In this document: positions 1 to 13,387 of the stretch, piece by piece | Position numbering within the stretch: position 1 is the stretch's first letter | Layout of the letters: the number at the start of each line of letters is the position of its first letter | Assembly: GCA_035221665.1 (NCBI GenBank) | Contig: CM069140.1 | Span: 3,038,001 to 3,102,000 of the forward strand | Direction: 5' to 3' | Source: Okamejei kenojei | Taxonomy: Eukaryota | Length of the DNA: 64,000 nucleotides | The notes under the pieces: generated by a model | Databases searched by the model: none | Told to the model about the DNA's origin: nothing | The model's input: only the letters and a program-made list of their open reading frames with translations | Translations under genes and position numbers: made by a program

Positions 1-2943
1 AGGAAGGTGACTGTCATTGATATGTATGGTGACTGTACCTTGACGAATCTGAGTACCAGATGGTTTGTTGATATTAGTTTAATTTAGAGATACAGCATGA
101 GTAGTAGAAACAAGGCCTTTCAGTCCAACTTGTCATACAGGCCAACATGTCCCCGCTACACTAGCTCCCCTGCCTGCATTTGGTCCAATATCCTCCAAAA
201 AACCCCGTCATATCCATCTACTGTCTAACTTGTCTTAACATTGGGATAGTCCCAGCCTCAACTACCTGCTCTGGCAGCTCGTTCCATACACCCACACCCC
301 CTCTGTGTGAAAAAGTTACCCCTCAGATTCCTATTAATTCTTTTCCATTTCACCTTAAAACCTATGTCCTCTGGCCGCGATTCCCCCTACTTGGGCAGAG
401 ACTCAAAGAAATATATAAATTAGGAGCAGGAGGAGGCCATTTGAGCCAGCACTGCCATTCAATATGATCTTGGCTGATCATCCAGTTCTTGCTTTCTCCC
501 CATATCCCCTGATTCCGTTAGGGACAAGAGTAAATTAACGTGCACGGATGGGGCATATTGGGGTGGTAAGAAGCCCGAAGCGAAGCAAGTGGAAGCAAGA
601 AACCGGACTGGAAAACGACGGCGAGACAACCAAATACCGAACGAACGCCGACACGAAAGCCAAATAACGGGGATTTGTGCCGTACACACTCAGTTTGTCA
701 GCAATTGGTTCAGACCCCGCGTCCATCACCATCATGGGCTGGTGGGGAGANNNNNNNNNNNNNNNNNNNNNNNNNNNNNNNNNNNNNNNNNNNNNNNNNN
801 NNNNNNNNNNNNNNNNNNNNNNNNNNNNNNNNNNNNNNNNNNNNNNNNNNNNNNNNNNNNNNNNNNNNNNNNNNNNNNNNNTAAATTACATTGTTATTTG
901 CCAAAGTATAAAACATAACATACATATTTAAAAAGCATAATATAAATACAATGTGCATGGATAGATTGCCCCCCCCCCTGTACATATACTTGCCATTACA
1001 CTATAGCTTTATTGATTGCTACATGTTCTTGCTGCTGTAAGCAGTACACAGAATAGAAGTTTAGCAATTCAATATTAATTTCTTAGTGTCAGTAAATGTC
1101 AATTAGTGTGTGCATTGCATATGTGCATGTTTTTTATTTCACGTTTCTCATGATATGGCATGCTGTTACGCTTTGTGCATCAAGATGTGCCGTATTTCTT
1201 ACCAAGGATTTTCTTAGTTTTAGATATTTTCATCTAGTTCTTTAAATCAGGGTTGCCAGGACTGAGTTTGTCAAAGGTATGTTTTCCTTGTTTTGTCATT
1301 TCTTTGCATTTTAGGAGGAAGTGTACCTCTGATTCAACCTCATCTGTCACGTGGCCGGCATATGCTATTTTCTCTTGATTGCCGCTGAATCTCTTAGGTT
1401 CCTTTTTCAATTGCCAAAAAAAAAAAAAAATCTAGTGGTCACTTAACTGTGAGGGTCTGTCTCTTCTGCTATATGTCTGCCATTTATGATTCATTTTAGG
1501 GCTCACGGGTTGACATTCTACTTGCTTTGTCTTTTTGGTTTCTTTATCCCAATGTTCCAAATACGTTTCTTTACATATGGTTTGATAATTTGGTGTTTTT
1601 CCAACTGATCCCAACTGGTGGATTGGGGATCAGCATTGATGTGAGGCTGGTCAGGGTTTACTGAATATGGGTAGTTAGTCTCAGTACCAACTGGGTACAG
1701 AGAACTCTTTTCTGGGCTCCCTCTTGTGTTTGAAGGGCTTTAAGCTGTGGGAGGGTATCTGGGGTGGCTAGATTTAGGTGATTCAAAAGTTTTGTGTCAT
1801 TTCTGCATATTTATTATCAATAGGTATCTGACTAATTCCACCTACTATGCATTTTGTGGTGTTTTCCTTTGGTTACGGAGAATGTTCTGACAAAATTACC
1901 GCATTACAGGGCCTTGTTGTATGCTTTTTCCATTTACTATCACTATGGTGACTGAGCGGACCCCCATAGCTTCACTACCATAATGCGCAAATAGGCTGGA
2001 TTACACTGTCAAAATTTTTAAACCAGATTTTAATTGGAATTTGGATGTGTAGAATTTAGTAAAATTAAATGAGAACTTACAGTTTAGTTTGATCTTTTAT
2101 TTTTATTGAGGAGAGTTACGATGAGGGATTACTGTGAAGAAGGGCCCGCCAGCGCGCCTGCGCATCATCATCAAGCAGCGGTGGTGAAATCACAGTAATA
2201 CAGTCGAAGTGATATAGTCAGACTCAGAAGACTAGAACTACCATGATGATCTTTGCGATTTTGAGGGTCGGGGAGCGGAGGGCACGACATCCCTCTTTAT
2301 CGTAACTCCTCATAAATCAAGATCAAACTTTCAAACTGGTAAGTTCTCATTTAATCTTACTTATTTTCACTTCGGAGTTCACGTGAGTGACTACGTGAAG
2401 ATTTCAAAGCTCTATTATTTCATGCCGTAGACACAGTTCCATTGACACACTGCCTTGAGTTGACACAGGATAAATAAATAACGCATTGAACATTGTTTAA
2501 ATATACAAGATTGACATATTTAAACAATAAAAGAACAGTAAGTAACTCTCTTTCGTGGGGGGAATACAATAGGGAGAACTCAAACAGAACCCCAAAACAG
2601 CACGCCCAAATCTTTTGCAATGTTGAGGGACAGGTTTATCATAAAACCCTAAAAGGTTCCTTAAACTGGCTATTCTGCGAGTGAGGATTTGGTCCAATGA
2701 CACGCCCTTGAGCCGTTTGCTGCGTACGTTGACGCAGCCCTGGTGGAGTGATTTAAAAACATCAGTGTTACTCCAGCATAAAGCAAACCTGTTTCAGCCA
2801 TCTAGAAATAGCTTGTGCTGTCACTTTGTCTGAGGTTTTATGTGCTAGAGAGTATGACCATCGCTGTTTCAGAGCCTTGAGACTCTTGATGACCTTTGAT
2901 ATAATAGCTCAGATGCGTATATTACATATAGTCTTAGATCAAT
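1..2943 (+). repeat. Segmental direct repeat, copy 1 (matches ~52409-55359)
   Basis: Colinear near-identity, including the same CR1 tail, N-gap position, RTE-X-like piece and DIRS piece; many 1-nt indels between the copies. Confidence 0.92.
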
Positions 2944-2961
2944 TAATACTATCTCTCTATG

Positions 2962-3461
2962 NNNNNNNNNNNNNNNNNNNNNNNNNNNNNNNNNNNNNNN
3001 NNNNNNNNNNNNNNNNNNNNNNNNNNNNNNNNNNNNNNNNNNNNNNNNNNNNNNNNNNNNNNNNNNNNNNNNNNNNNNNNNNNNNNNNNNNNNNNNNNNN
3101 NNNNNNNNNNNNNNNNNNNNNNNNNNNNNNNNNNNNNNNNNNNNNNNNNNNNNNNNNNNNNNNNNNNNNNNNNNNNNNNNNNNNNNNNNNNNNNNNNNNN
3201 NNNNNNNNNNNNNNNNNNNNNNNNNNNNNNNNNNNNNNNNNNNNNNNNNNNNNNNNNNNNNNNNNNNNNNNNNNNNNNNNNNNNNNNNNNNNNNNNNNNN
3301 NNNNNNNNNNNNNNNNNNNNNNNNNNNNNNNNNNNNNNNNNNNNNNNNNNNNNNNNNNNNNNNNNNNNNNNNNNNNNNNNNNNNNNNNNNNNNNNNNNNN
3401 NNNNNNNNNNNNNNNNNNNNNNNNNNNNNNNNNNNNNNNNNNNNNNNNNNNNNNNNNNNNN
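2962..3461. other. Assembly gap (500 N); other gaps at 751-881, 3540-3812, 53136-53358 and 57922-58200
   Basis: N runs. Confidence 1.
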
Positions 3462-3812
3462 GTGAATCTATGCTCAAAGTGTTAGAGTTGGCAGCCTGAC
3501 TAAGGCCAGGTGTGACAACACACACACCGGGAGACACAANNNNNNNNNNNNNNNNNNNNNNNNNNNNNNNNNNNNNNNNNNNNNNNNNNNNNNNNNNNNN
3601 NNNNNNNNNNNNNNNNNNNNNNNNNNNNNNNNNNNNNNNNNNNNNNNNNNNNNNNNNNNNNNNNNNNNNNNNNNNNNNNNNNNNNNNNNNNNNNNNNNNN
3701 NNNNNNNNNNNNNNNNNNNNNNNNNNNNNNNNNNNNNNNNNNNNNNNNNNNNNNNNNNNNNNNNNNNNNNNNNNNNNNNNNNNNNNNNNNNNNNNNNNNN
3801 NNNNNNNNNNNN

Positions 3813-4615
3813 AGGACACACACACAGAGACTCACACACACACACACAGGGGGGGACGCGCACCACACACACACACAGGAGAGGGACACCACACTCCCCC
3901 CCCTCTCTCCACACACACACACACACACAGGGAGACGCACACACACTCCAGACACGCACACAGGCACGCACACACACACGCCACGCACGCACACAGGGAG
4001 ACACACCACACACACACAGGGGAGGGGACACCCCAATCATGCACGTGGAGACACCACACACAGGAGACAGCACAAAACCCCCACCACACACAGGGATGAC
4101 GCGGCACACACACACCACACCACAGGGCGACAGGACACACTCCACACACACAAACACAAACACACTGAGGGAGGCACACACACAGGGAGTGACACCCACA
4201 CTCACACACACACACACACACAAAGGGAGTCAGACAAGACCACACCTCACACACACACACACTCTCACCTCAGGGGAGGCACACACACACAGACACACAC
4301 CACACAGGGAGGACGCGCACAGGGAGGGGACATCCCACACTCACACAACACACACACACCACATGGAGCGCACACACGCACACTGGGAAGACACACACAG
4401 ACACGCACCTGACACGACACAACACAACTTTCCTTCCCCCCTCCCTCCTCCATCTCCTCCCTCTTCCTCCCCCTCCCTCTCTTTCCTCTCCCCTCCTTCA
4501 TTCTCCCTTTCTCTTCCCCATCTCCTTTCTAATTCCCTCCCCCGTCTCTCTTTGCCTCCATCCCTCCCTTTTTTTCTTTCCCTCTCTCTCTCTCTTCTCT
4601 CCTCCCTTTCTCTCC
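3813..4615. repeat. CA-rich then CT-rich low-complexity tract
   Basis: (CA)n interspersed with gggaga, followed by a pyrimidine tract. Confidence 0.9.
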
Positions 4616-5029
4616 CGGACGCCCCCGGCGGGCGCGGTGCTGCGAGGATTGGCGGCGCTGCGCTGCCGTGTGAGCTGAAGGGCAGGAGGGAGACGGGAGC
4701 GAGCTGCAGCGGTGGGGCGGCAGCGCAGCGCTCGCAGCCGGCGCACAGAGGCACTGACACCAGCTGCCCGGGAGCTTCCCCGTTCTATCTCCGGCTGCTT
4801 CATGTTGTCGGCGGCTGCACATCAGACCAAGAGAGAAAGAAAGTCGACGTCACTCACAGCCATCAACCAACGAACTTCCCCAGACCTACAGCTCCGCTTT
4901 AGGATCTTTGCTGTGCAGGGAATGAAGGCAGCGTGAGAATTTCTGTCATCAGCATGAGGGCGTGAGAATTGGCTGAAATGCGTGACTCTCACGCTCAAAG
5001 CGTGAGAGTTGGCAGCCCTGCATTTTTGC

Positions 5030-5962
5030 ATATTACACTGCATCTGCCATGCATCTGCCCACTCACCCAACCTGTCCAAGTCACCCTGCATTCTCATAGC
5101 ATCCTCCTCACAGTTCACACTGCCACCCAGCTTTGTGTCATCTGCAAATTTGCTAATGTTACTTTGAATCCCATCTATCAATCATTGATGTATATTGTAA
5201 ATAGTTTGAAGTGGATAATCCTCACCAATTATCCACATTATACAGCATTTCTGCCATGCTTCTGCCCACTCAGCATGCCAACCTATTCAAGTCACCCTGC
5301 TGCTGCCTCATAGCATCCTCCTCGTAGCTCACGCTGCCTCCAGCTTTGTGCCATCCACAAATTTGGAGATGTTACATTTCAATCTCTCGTCTAAATTGTT
5401 AATATATATTGTAAATAACTGCGGTCCCAGCACCGAGCCTTGCGGTACCCCAATAGTCACTACCTGCCATTCTGAAAGGGACCCGTTAATTCTTACTCTT
5501 TGTTTCCTGTCTGCCAACCAATTTTATATGGATGTCAGCAGTCTACACCCAATACCACGTGCCCTAAATTTGCCCACTAATCTCCCATGTGGGATCTTAT
5601 CAAATGCTTTATGATTGACACCAGCATCTTCCCCACCACTGGTCTATAATTCCCAGTTTTCTCTCTCCCGCCTTTCTTAAAAAGTGGAATAACATTAGCT
5701 ACCCTCCAATCCACAGGAACTGATCCTAAATCTATAGAACATTGGAAAATGAACACCAATGCGTCCACGATTTCCAGAGTCACTTCCTTAAGTGCCCTGG
5801 GATGCAGACCATCAGACCCTGGGGATTTATCAGCCTTCAGTCCCATCACTCTACCCAACACCATTTACTGCCTGATGTGGCTTTCCTTCTGTTCCCCGTC
5901 ACCCCAAATCCTTGGCCATAGTACATCAGGAAGATTGTTTGTGTCCTCCTTAGTGAAGACGG
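5030..5962 (-). mobile_element. CR1 LINE RT fragments
   Basis: ISKFADDTKLGGSV, GVPQGSVLGP, KSPGSDGLHPR. Confidence 0.9.
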
Positions 5963-6289
5963 ATTGTGTGTCCTTGGAGGTGGTGATGCAGGGGGGTGCA
6001 TCCCCTCCAGGGACAGTGGCAGTGGGAGAGAAGTGGTTGGGGAATATCAGGTCTGGTTTCTATGCTCCCTGAGGTGTGGAGAATTGAAGGTGTAATTGGG
6101 GAGATTAAAAATAATCAACTGGGATGCACTGGAGCAGACGAAGAATCTGCTTCCTCTGCTGTGGATCCAAACAAGGACAAAAACATAAACATGGCATCCA
6201 GGATAGTGAGGGCACTGGAAACCCAGAACTGCCCATGGAAGCTGTCAAGTCTGGGGTTCAGTTGAAAGATTCCACATGGACAGAATGTT

Positions 6290-8328
6290 AGAAACATAGA
6301 AAATAGGTGCAGGAGTAGGCCATTCAGCCTTTCATGCCAGCACTGACATTCAATATGATCACGGCTGATCATCCAAAATCAGTAACCTGTTCCTGTTTTT
6401 CCCCATATCCCTTGATTCCGTTAGCCCAAAGAACTATATCTAACTCTCTTGAAAACACCCAGCGATTTGACCTCCATTGCCTTCTGTGGCAGAGAATTCC
6501 ACAGATTTACAACTTTATGGGTGAAAATGTTTTTCCTCATCTCAGTCCTAAACGGCCTACCCCTTATTCTGAAACTCTGGTTCTGGATTCCCCCAACATC
6601 CGGAGCATTTTTCCTGCATCTAGCCTGTCTAATCCCTGAAGAATTTTTATATGTTCTATAAGTCCCCTCTCATCTTTCTAAATTCCAGTGAATACAAGCC
6701 CAGTCGACCCATTCTTTCATCATATGTCAGTCGCGCCATCCTGGGAATTAACCTGGTGAACCGACTCTGCACTCCCTCAATAGCAATGAAGTCCTCCCAC
6801 AAATTAGAAGACCAAGTCTGCACACAATAATACTCCAGGTGCAGTCTCACCAGGGCCCTGTACAGCTGCAGTTGGACCTCCTTGCTCATTTACTCAAATC
6901 CTCTCGGCACGAAGGCCTAAATGCCATTAGCTTTCTTCACAGCCTGCTGCTCCTGCATGGTTACTGTCAGTGATTGATGTACAGGGAAACCCAGGTCTCG
7001 CTGCACTTCCTCTTTTCCTCATCTGACACCATTCGAATAGTAATCTGCCTTCCTGTTCTTGCCACCAAAGTAGATAACGCCACATTAATCCACATTATAC
7101 TGCATCTGCAATGCAACTGACCACTCACCCAACCTATCCAAGTCACCCTGCAGCCTCATAGCATCCTCCTCGCAGCTCACACTGCCACCCAGCTTTTTGT
7201 CATCTGTAAATGTGGAGATGTTACATTTGATTCCCTTGTCTAAATTGTTAATATATATTGTAAATAACTGGGGTCCCAGCACCAAGCCTTGCGACACCCC
7301 ACTCGTCATTGCCTGCCATTCTGAAAAGGACATGTTAATTCCTACTTTTTGCTTCCTGTCCACCAGTTTTCTATCCATGTCAGTACCCCACCCCCAATAC
7401 TGTTTGCACACGAATTTTGCACACAAATCTCCTGTGTGGGACCTTGTCAAAGCTTTTTGAAGGTCCAAATACACCACAGTCACTGGCTCTCCCTTATCCA
7501 TTCTACTTGTTACATCCTCAAAAATTTCCAGAAGTTTAGTCAAGCATGATTTCCCCTTCATAAATCCATGCTGACTGACCGATCCTGTCACTACTTTCCA
7601 AATGCGCTGCTATTACATATTTAATATTCGACTCAAGCATCTTCCTCACTACCAATGGAAGGATAACTGGTCTATAATTCCCTATTTTCTCTCTCCCTCC
7701 TTTCTTAAAAAGTGGGGTTACATTAGCCACCCTCCAGTCCACAGGAACTGATCCGGAGCCTATAGAACATTGGAAAATGATCACGAATGCATCCACGATT
7801 TCTATGGCTACCTCCTTGAGTACTCTGGGTTGCAGACCATCAGGCCCTGGGAATTTATCGGCCTTCAGTCCCAACAGTTTACCCAACACCATTTCATGTC
7901 AATTTTCTTCAGTTCCTCCATCACGCCAGATCCTCAGTCCCCTAGTATTTCTGGGATATTGTTTGTGTCTTCCTTAGTGAAGACAGAACCAAAGTACTCG
8001 TTTAACTGGTCTACCATTTCCTTGTTTCCCATTATAAATTCATCTGTTTCTGACTGTGAAGGACCTACATTTGTCTTCACTAATCCTTTCCTCTTCACAT
8101 ACAGTACACTATCAAAAAATGTTTTTACGGTCAATGTTTATATTCCCTGCAAAGCTTTCTTTCATACTATTTTTCCCCTCTTAATTAACCCCTTTGTCCT
8201 CCTCTGTTGAATTCAAAATTTCGCCCAGTCCTCTGGTTTGCTGCTTCCTCTAGCCAATTTATACGCCTCTTCCTTGGATTTAACACTATCCCTAATTTTC
8301 CTTGTTAGCCACGGTTGAGCCACCTTCT
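6290..8328 (-). mobile_element. CR1 LINE, 5'-truncated, with 3' tail
   Basis: QHGFMKGKSCLT, LYRALVRLHLEY, tail agaaacatagaaaataggtgcagg. Confidence 0.92.
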
Positions 8329-8899
8329 TTGGTGATTAAAGGACATAGAACCAAGGTGGATAAATGGAGTTCAAACACAGATCAGCAGAGAGTGGGGATG
8401 GGCTGGAGGGCTGAAGAACCTTTTTACTGATCCTCTATGCATGGGACAAATTTGAACACAATCTCTGCATGCAGCTGTTGATTTACCAGAAACACGTTTC
8501 ATATTTTGACTGTTGACGGGAGTGTGAAACTGGACAGTGATGTGGGCACTATTTCCTTCACCTCAGATTTCCTGTAGGTGATGGCAGCTTATCTTAATCT
8601 GAACAGGGGGCCTCCCACAGGGAACAGACTTGCTAAAAAGAACAAGCAGGCTGCTTGACATATGGAAATATGTTCCTGACTTAAGGACCAACACCTATAA
8701 ACAATTCTTACGTTACTGAAAAGATAACCGACCAATAGGACTGACTCTGAAGGCAGAGGACAATGAAGAGATGTGTTTCATGCAAGCGTGGAGAATATCG
8801 GTCATTTTTTAGAAAAACAAAAGCATTTGGTCAGATTAAACCTCATTTTCCATTTATTTGCCCATTTCTGAGCTGATCTATACCGTCTATACTTTAGAG

Positions 8900-9380
8900 T
8901 GCATCTGCCCACTCACCCAACCTATCCACGTCACCCTGCAGCCTCATAGCATTGTCCTCACAGATCTATACTTTAACATCCTTGCTCACTGTCCGCAGAT
9001 CCCTGCAGAACTCAGCTGGTCACAGACTTCCAGTCTGAATAATGCCCTTCACCACAACCCTCTGTCTTCTATCAGTAAACCCGTATTGATCCAGACGACA
9101 AAATCACTATGAATGCCGTGCATTTTGACCTTTTTGGATAACTAACCATGGAGAAATTTCTCAAATGCCTTACTAAGGTCCATATAGACAACATCCGCTG
9201 CCCTACCTTCATCTATCACCTTTGTCACCTCTTCAAAAAAATCATTCGTTAGTAAGACATGATCTGTGGCGTACAAAGCCATGCTGATGGTTCCTAACTA
9301 GCCCATTGTCTTCCAAATGGTAGTAAATCCTATCCCAAAGAATCCTCTCCAGTTGCCTCCCTACCACTGATGTGAGGCAA
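8900..9380 (-). mobile_element. CR1 LINE fragments
   Basis: Recognisable RT-region remnants. Confidence 0.6.
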
Positions 9381-10659
9381 AGCATACTTTGGAATACAAG
9401 TGGAACCAAAACATTCACACCCCGGGAGAAAGGAAATACTGAATGTCTAATCTATCTCTAAATATCTTTCAATCATTGCTGTTGTATCTGCTTCCACAAC
9501 TTCCCCTGATAATGCATTCCAGACATCAATGTTTTGAACAATCTTCATAGGTCTTATCTAGTCATACACCTGAGGACATCGAGCACCTCCATGTCCATAA
9601 TACGCACTGTCCTCAAGACATCCCGATGTCCTCTGTCTGACTGTCCCAAGTTCCTGTAAAAGGACAAATGGCAATGGTAAAAGTGAGGTTGAAAGGGTAA
9701 CAGGACATCTGTTTAGCTGCCATGGGAGTTGGAGTGAGCTGTGTTTGTTGCTCTATGTCTGTTGGAGGTGCACGATTTAGAACTGTTGTGAGACCATTCT
9801 GAAGAATGAACAGATGCTCCACAGAACGTCTCTCCCTGGGATTTCCTGCCATTGACCCGTCCAGCAGCACTTGGCTGCCCCCTTGACTGGGCAACCTCCC
9901 GTTTCTCAGTACAACTGCTTCTGGGTACACTTCCTGCTCCCAAAAGACTCATGGCTGACACAGGTCAACGGGTTTTCCAACAGTAGCGAGGGGACACCTG
10001 TCCAGTAATGAAACTGTTTTAATCTCTGGGAGAGAAAATTCCTCACCAATATATAATCCTCCTTCCACCCAAGTAATTCTGGTTCACATTGTTTCTTCCA
10101 AGGTTAGTGGAGGCAGACGATTCTGCCAATTAGTTTTATCAATTCAGTCCCTTTCCCTCACTGCATGAATTCTCCCTGTCAATCTCTCTCAGGGGGCTAA
10201 CTTTACACTGCTCACAGTTTCTCTGCAGCTTTCAGCCTCTCTCTCTCTCTCTTTCTATCTCTCTCTCTCTTTCTCTCTCTCTCTCAGAGGGTTATCTGTA
10301 TTCTGACCGGTGAACCTTACTCTGAGCTTGATATCTGTACACTGAGTTGTGAATCTGTGGAATTCTCTGCCACAGATGGCAGTGGAGGCCAATTCACTGG
10401 ATGTTTTCATGAGAGAGTTAGATTTAGCGCTTAGTGCTAAATGAATCAAGGAATATGGGGAAAAAGCAGGAACGGGGTATTGATTTTAGATGATCAGCCA
10501 TGATTAGAAGGACCAAATGGCCTACTCCCGCACCTATTTTTCTATGTTTCTGTTCTACACTGACCGATGTCTTCCAATCCCTCTCTCTCATGGGGATATC
10601 TGTACACTGACCAGTGTCTCTCAGTGCCTCTCTCTTGGCATATTTGTACACTGACAACT

Positions 10660-10840
10660 AGCGCTCTCTCTCCCTCTCCCTCTCCCTCTCCCTCTCCCTC
10701 TCCATCTGTCTATCTCTCCCTGTCTATCTCTCCCTCTGTCAGTCCCTCTCTCCCTCTCTCCCTCTCTCCCTCTCTTCCTCTCTCCCTCTCTCTCCTCTCT
10801 CTCTCTCTCCCTCTCCCCTCTCCCCCTCTCTCCCTCCTGT
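10660..10840. repeat. (CT/CCCTCT)n simple repeat
   Basis: Direct reading. Confidence 0.9.
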
Positions 10841-11138
10841 AAACGGATCAGTCTTCCTCATTCCCTCTCTCTTGGGACATCTACACTGACCAGTGTCCCA
10901 CTGTCAGGGGTATATCTGTTCACTCTTTCATGGGATATCTACGGTCTGATACCATTATACCAGCCAAGCTCATCACCAAACGCTCCTGGAGTCAGTTTTC
11001 ACCTCTGCAACTGCATCATTGACTTCAATTCAGTTCAGTTTAGTTGATTCTCATGTGCACATGTGTACTGTGAAAAGCTTTTGTTGTGTGTTAATCTGTC
11101 AGCAGAAGGACAATGCATGATTACAATTAAGCCATTTA

Positions 11139-11910
11139 AGGGCCTGTCCCACTTAGGCGACTGCCTGCGACTGTCATATTCGTAGCAGGTCGCCGAAAAC
11201 CCCCCTACAACAATATCTACGACAAGCTTCAACAACCTACCACCTAGTCGACGTCAAGCTAAGGCAAGCTACCGACCACCGGCGACCCAATCGTCGCGAC
11301 TTGGGACGTCCACCAACGACAACCTACGACGACACATTACGACAATCTACGACCACACAGATGACAGCCGAAGTCAACCTACGTCCACCCGCGACAAGCC
11401 ACGACAAGTCACGACTGTCGGAGACAACTGAAGACAGTCCATGTCATTTTGGCCTCCAAAACAATGGAATCACCCAGTTATAAAAGGGGATGTATTGTTT
11501 CCAACATCTGAGGGCATTGCTCTCACAAGAAGAAGCCCTGCTGCTTGCAGCAGCCCTCATGCTTAAAGATCAGCAAGACAGAAGGACAAGAAGAATGGGG
11601 AAGAGGAAGCCCAAGAAGAGGTGTGTGTGGTTGAAGCCCTTGTCCCTGTAGACACCCAGGTTGGACCAGTATGACAACCTGATGACTGAGCTCCAGCAAG
11701 AACATGAGGCTGCCTTCAGAAACTTCACCAGGCTTCCCCCTGAGCTGTTTCAGGAGCTGAAGACACTGGGTGGGCCCTCTCCTGGAGAAAAAGGAGACCC
11801 ATGGAGGAGCCACTGTCGTAGCCTGGTGTAGCTAGTCGTGTCAACTGTTGCCGATGGTAGATTGTCGCCAATATAGGCGTAGATGGACTTCACTCATGGC
11901 ATCACGACTG
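11139..11910 (+). mobile_element. PIF/Harbinger deletion derivative with a transposase N-terminal remnant
   Basis: TTA|AGGGCCTGTCCCACTTA terminus; KKRCVWLKP..QYDNLMTELQQEHEAAFRNFTRLPPELFQEL..LVGPLLEKKET resembles the Harbinger transposase N-terminus; right end not seen. Confidence 0.7.
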
Positions 11911-12150
11911 ACTGTTGTAACTTGACTTCTGTGCTCTATCTACCTCATTTGAGACCCTCGGACTATCTTTGATCGGAAATTACAGGTTTTATCTTGCACT
12001 GAACTTTATTCATGTTATTCCATCATGTTTCTGCTCACTGTGCTCGATTGTAATCATGTATTGTCCGTCTGTTGTCTGGTTAACACGCAACTAAAGCTTT
12101 TCACTGTACCTCGGTACATGTGACAATAAACTCCTCAAACTCAACTCAAA

Positions 12151-12365
12151 CTGACCGGTCTCTCTCAGTCCTCTCTCTCAGGGGGATATCTGTACACTGA
12201 CCGGTCTCTCTCAGTCCACTCTCTCAGGGGGATATCTGTACACTGACTGGTGAACCTTAGCCCCTCTCTCCCAAGGGGATATCTACATTGACAGGTGTCC
12301 CTCTCTCTCAGGGGGATATCTGTACACCGACTTTTAACTCAGCCCCTCACTGGGGTATCTGAGTG
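12151..12365 (+). repeat. ~46-bp tandem repeat (ctgaccggtctctctcagtc..ctctcagggggatatctgtaca); dispersed copies at ~10285, 10560-10655 and 10850-10945
   Basis: 4-5 adjacent degenerate units. Confidence 0.8.
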
Positions 12366-12600
12366 ACCTCTTGCTCCACAAAGTGTTCAGCATTGTAATG
12401 AGTGGATGGAGCAGAGTGTGATCAATCTTTAATCCGGACCTCATCATTGCCCCTCCACCCGCCACCTGTTGTGGAGACAAACATCTTTTGGGGAATTGAA
12501 CTGGGTGCTGGGGGCAGGGACAGGAAGCCGCGCCTCTGGTTTCAGTGGGTGGGAACCTGTTCAAGCCGCGGCTCCCTCTCTCTCTCACAGCTCACTTGCC

Positions 12601-12608
12601 TATTTAAA
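12601..12608 (+). promoter_or_regulatory. TATA-like box of the VH promoter
   Basis: TATTTAAA 96 nt upstream of the leader ATG; E-box CACCTG at 12463-12468 and an ETS-like CAGGAAG at 12521. Confidence 0.55.
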
Positions 12609-12696
12609 CAGCGCTGACTGCGGCTCCGGACAAAGCCGGCCTGAGCTGAAGCCGCTCATTCCTGGAGTGTCCAAGTGTGTGTCAGTGCTCAGAGTG

Positions 12697-12742
12697 ATGG
12701 GGGTCGCTGCTTATCTCTGTCTCCTTCTGTCCTGTCTGCCAG
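12697..12742 (+). CDS. IgW: IgW leader (signal peptide) exon [15 protein letters not shown](G)
   Basis: 46-nt exon, hydrophobic peptide, phase-1 donor G|GTGGGT, 101-nt intron ending ttggcag. Confidence 0.95.
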
Positions 12743-12843
12743 GTGGGTGTCGTCCCCACTCGGGGCCGGGCTGCTTCTCGGACACTCTTTCACCCTCTGC
12801 CTCTTCAACTGTTTATTCAACGTTGTTTCTCTTTTATTGGCAG

Positions 12844-13140
12844 GCGTTCGATCCGCGGTCGTGCTGAATCAGACCCCGACCGCGGTGGCAAAGTCCGGAG
12901 AGTCCCACAAACTGACCTGTGAAACCAGCGGGTTCAGCCTCAGCAGCTACAGCGTGCACTGGGTGAAGCAGGTCCCCGGGAAAGGGCTGGAGTGGGTGGG
13001 AGGATGGGGTATAATGGTAGCAAATATTACGCGCCTGCCTTCAGCGGCCGATTCGAGGTTTCCAAGGACAGCAGCAACGTCTATCTCCAAATGAACCGCC
13101 TGAGTCTGAGCGACACGGCCATCTATTACTGTGCGAGAGA
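12844..13140 (+). CDS. IgW: IgW VH segment, with a 1-nt frameshift near 12998-13000 as assembled
   Basis: [42 protein letters not shown] in one frame and [46 protein letters not shown] in the -1 frame; both canonical Cys and the Trp are present. Confidence 0.95.
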
Positions 13141-13179
13141 CACAGTGAGAGGAAGCGGGGCCGGGCCGGTACAACAACC
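13141..13179 (+). other. VH 23-RSS
   Basis: CACAGTG + 23 nt + ACAACAACC. Confidence 0.95.
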
Positions 13180-13387
13180 CAGGGGAGAGAGAACCTGCCC
13201 TCAGCTCGGAGCCAAGCGCCGTGGGTGGAACTGGAGTCACGGGTCGATCAGGCCCGGTGTCCGTCTCTGAGACACGGTCAATGGTTGGGCGAGAAGGAAC
13301 ATCGATGAACAGAGAGAGACCTTGGGCTCCAAGTTGACAGTCGGACGTGCGGAGTGACTGGGCTCGGAGACTGTGAGAGAGGGTGGG

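Noticed and set aside
4822-4900. Minus-strand SDVDFLSLLV, vaguely like an upstream SDR39U1 exon
   Set aside because: Immediate stop, no flanking similarity or splice context, and it lies in probable TE sequence
2826-4902. Long ORFs across N-gaps and the CA/CT tracts
   Set aside because: Artefacts of ambiguous bases and low complexity
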